Part shown: positions 62,189 through 64,000 of the stretch, piece by piece
Layout of the letters: the number at the start of each line of letters is the position of its first letter
Position numbering within the stretch: position 1 is the first letter of the stretch
NCBI GenBank assembly: GCA_965226795.1
Contig: CBDDDZ010000005.1
Span: forward strand, 736,001-800,000
Length of the DNA stretch: 64,000 nucleotides
Source of the DNA: Candidatus Latescibacterota bacterium
GTDB taxonomy: Bacteria; Latescibacterota; UBA2968; GCA-2709665
Direction: 5' to 3'
The notes under the pieces: generated by a model
Told to the model about the DNA's origin: nothing
Databases searched by the model: none
The model's input: the letters and a program-made list of their open reading frames with translations, nothing else
Made by a program: the position numbers and the translations under genes

Positions 62189-63067
62189 ATGGAATACGGC
62201 TTTACGGATAAGGGAGTTCCGGGCGTGTCCGACGAGGAATTGCGCGCAGCCCCCGGTTTTCTGGCGGAGATGAAGAGGCGGGGCGAACCGATCGCCATGC
62301 TGACGTGCTACGATTTTCCCACCGCCATCCTGCAGGATGCGTCGAACGTGGATGTCATCCTGGTCGGCGATTCGGTGGGGATCAATATACTCGGATACGA
62401 GAGTCCCCAACAGGTTACCATGGCGGATATGCTTCACCATACCCGCGCAGTCAGGCGGGGTGTCCAGAAGGCAATCCTGTTGGCGGATCTGCCTTACCGG
62501 TCCTACGAGACAGATTCCCAGGCGGTCAACAACGCCCGGGTGCTCGCGGACGCGGGGGCCGATATGGTAAAACTCGAGGGCGCAGAGAATGTGGCCGGAC
62601 GGATCGCGGCGATCACGGCCGAAGGCATTCCGGTGGTGGGCCATGTCGGCCATTTGCCACAGACCTGGAAGGGAAACCGGCATGTCTACGGAGACCGTGC
62701 GGACGAGGCCGCGCTGGTCCTTGCGGGCGCGCTCGCGCTCGAGGCCGCCGGGGCGGTTGCCGTGGTGCTGGAATGTGTTCCCGAGCAGGTGGCCGGCGTT
62801 GTTTCGCGCGCACTGAGCATACCCACGATCGGTATCGGGTCGGGTCGCCGGTGCGACGGACAGGTGCTCGTGGCGCCGGATCTGCTGGGCCTCAACGACT
62901 TTTCATTTCGGTATTCCAAACGCTACGCGGAACTGGGAAACACAATCTGCAAGGCCTTTTCGGCGTACGTCGACGATGTGAAGGCGAAGCGGTATCCTGC
63001 CGACGAGCATCGATATCGAATCAGGAACGAAGAGTTACGGAAGTTCAAGGCCCTCGCGGAAGGCTGA
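62189..63067 (+). CDS. panB: 3-methyl-2-oxobutanoate hydroxymethyltransferase
   Basis: MLTCYD, LVGDS, VKLEG, PTIGIGSG and DGQVLV. Confidence 0.96.
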   Translation: MEYGFTDKGVPGVSDEELRAAPGFLAEMKRRGEPIAMLTCYDFPTAILQDASNVDVILVGDSVGINILGYESPQQVTMADMLHHTRAVRRGVQKAILLADLPYRSYETDSQAVNNARVLADAGADMVKLEGAENVAGRIAAITAEGIPVVGHVGHLPQTWKGNRHVYGDRADEAALVLAGALALEAAGAVAVVLECVPEQVAGVVSRALSIPTIGIGSGRRCDGQVLVAPDLLGLNDFSFRYSKRYAELGNTICKAFSAYVDDVKAKRYPADEHRYRIRNEELRKFKALAEG

Positions 63068-63156
63068 ACACAAGGCCCGTTCGTAACAGCGACAACGCCG
63101 CGGGGCGGGGATCTCTCGCCCTGCTGTTTCGTGTGGAGAAAGGCCGCCGGCGTAGA

Positions 63157-64000
63157 ATGGGAACGGTCAGGGTCATACGGACGGTGGAGGAAATGCACCG
63201 CATTGCAGACGGGATGCGCAGTGCCGGTTTGCGGATCGGGCTGGTTCCTACCATGGGCTATCTGCACGCTGGCCATTCAAGTCTGATACGTCAGGTGCGG
63301 AGGGTGTCTGACCGGACGGTCGTCAGTATATTCGTCAATCCCGCACAGTTCGGTCCCGATGAAGATTTCGCGACGTATCCGCGCGATTTCGAACGAGACA
63401 GGGAAATCGTCCGGGGAGAGGGCGGCGACCTGATCTACGCACCTCCGCCGGAGGAGATGTACAAAGACGGCCATGCGTCGTACGTCGAGACGGTACGGCT
63501 GGCGGACCACCTGTGCGGGGCATCACGCCCAGGTCATTTCAGGGGTGTGGCCACGGTGGTGACGAAGCTCTTCGCGGCCGTCAAACCGCACGTGGCCATA
63601 TTCGGACAGAAAGATGCCCAGCAGGCAGGCGTCGTCCGCCGGCTGGTAAGGGATCTGAATCTTGACGTTGACATCTTGATAGCACCGACGGTGAGAGAGG
63701 CGGACGGGTTGGCCAGGAGTTCCCGAAACGTTTACCTGACGCCCTGCGTTCGCCGGTGCGCCACGGTGCTTTACAGGGCCCTGCAGGAAGGAAGGGATAT
63801 GGCGCTGGCGGGCGAAAAGCGCGCATCCGTGGTGGTTGACGCCATGAACCGCCGCGTGCGCCAGAGATCGGGCGCGGAGGTCGATTACATCGCGGCGGTC
63901 GATGCCGAGGATTTTCAGCCCGTAGACAAGATGGCAGGCCGGGTACTTCTGGCGGTGGCCGTGCAGTTTGGGCAATCCAGGCTCATCGACAATATCGTGG
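63157..64000 (+). CDS. panC: Pantoate--beta-alanine ligase (3' end just beyond window)
   Basis: Manual translation: LVPTMGYLHAGH, SIFVNPAQF, RPGHFRGV, FGQKDAQQ and RLIDN. Confidence 0.95.
   Translation, partial: MGTVRVIRTVEEMHRIADGMRSAGLRIGLVPTMGYLHAGHSSLIRQVRRVSDRTVVSIFVNPAQFGPDEDFATYPRDFERDREIVRGEGGDLIYAPPPEEMYKDGHASYVETVRLADHLCGASRPGHFRGVATVVTKLFAAVKPHVAIFGQKDAQQAGVVRRLVRDLNLDVDILIAPTVREADGLARSSRNVYLTPCVRRCATVLYRALQEGRDMALAGEKRASVVVDAMNRRVRQRSGAEVDYIAAVDAEDFQPVDKMAGRVLLAVAVQFGQSRLIDNIV

Noticed and set aside
60648..64000. folB-folK-dNK-panB-panC cluster
   Set aside because: Well-known conserved housekeeping arrangement

Overview
GC-rich bacterial chromosome segment. The gene content (repeated PhyH and Gfo/Idh/MocA genes, a heparinase-like lyase, DUF6785-type membrane proteins) suggests a Latescibacterota/Poribacteria-like organism; this is inference only. 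The left ~37 kb is accessory. It holds (i) a catabolic operon with an unusual pair of microcompartment shell proteins carrying 4 and 2 tandem BMC domains (six different domains in total), followed by an extended DapA-family aldolase, a PHP hydrolase, a PhyH dioxygenase and a dehydrogenase; (ii) an uncharacterised envelope/transport system: DUF6785-like protein, pseudo-M28-peptidase/FtsX fusion, OPT-like transporter with an inserted permuted Ig/FN3-like domain, and an ABC ATPase; (iii) tRNA-Phe and tRNA-Val; (iv) a nested dead mobile element: an IS1380 whose transposase carries four short CCTG-CAGG hairpin insertions and whose inverted repeat is invaded by a group II intron riddled with microdeletions; and (v) a second, intact IS1380 splitting a cation-chloride/amino-acid permease. 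The right ~27 kb is mostly housekeeping (larC, M23 peptidase, rlmN, murA, CCA enzyme, cysC, murD, sigma-70 factor, TonB receptor, folB, folK, panB, panC), plus a BpsA-like/DUF2156 pair. Several single-base frameshifts may be sequencing errors. Family assignments come from motif recognition, not database searches.
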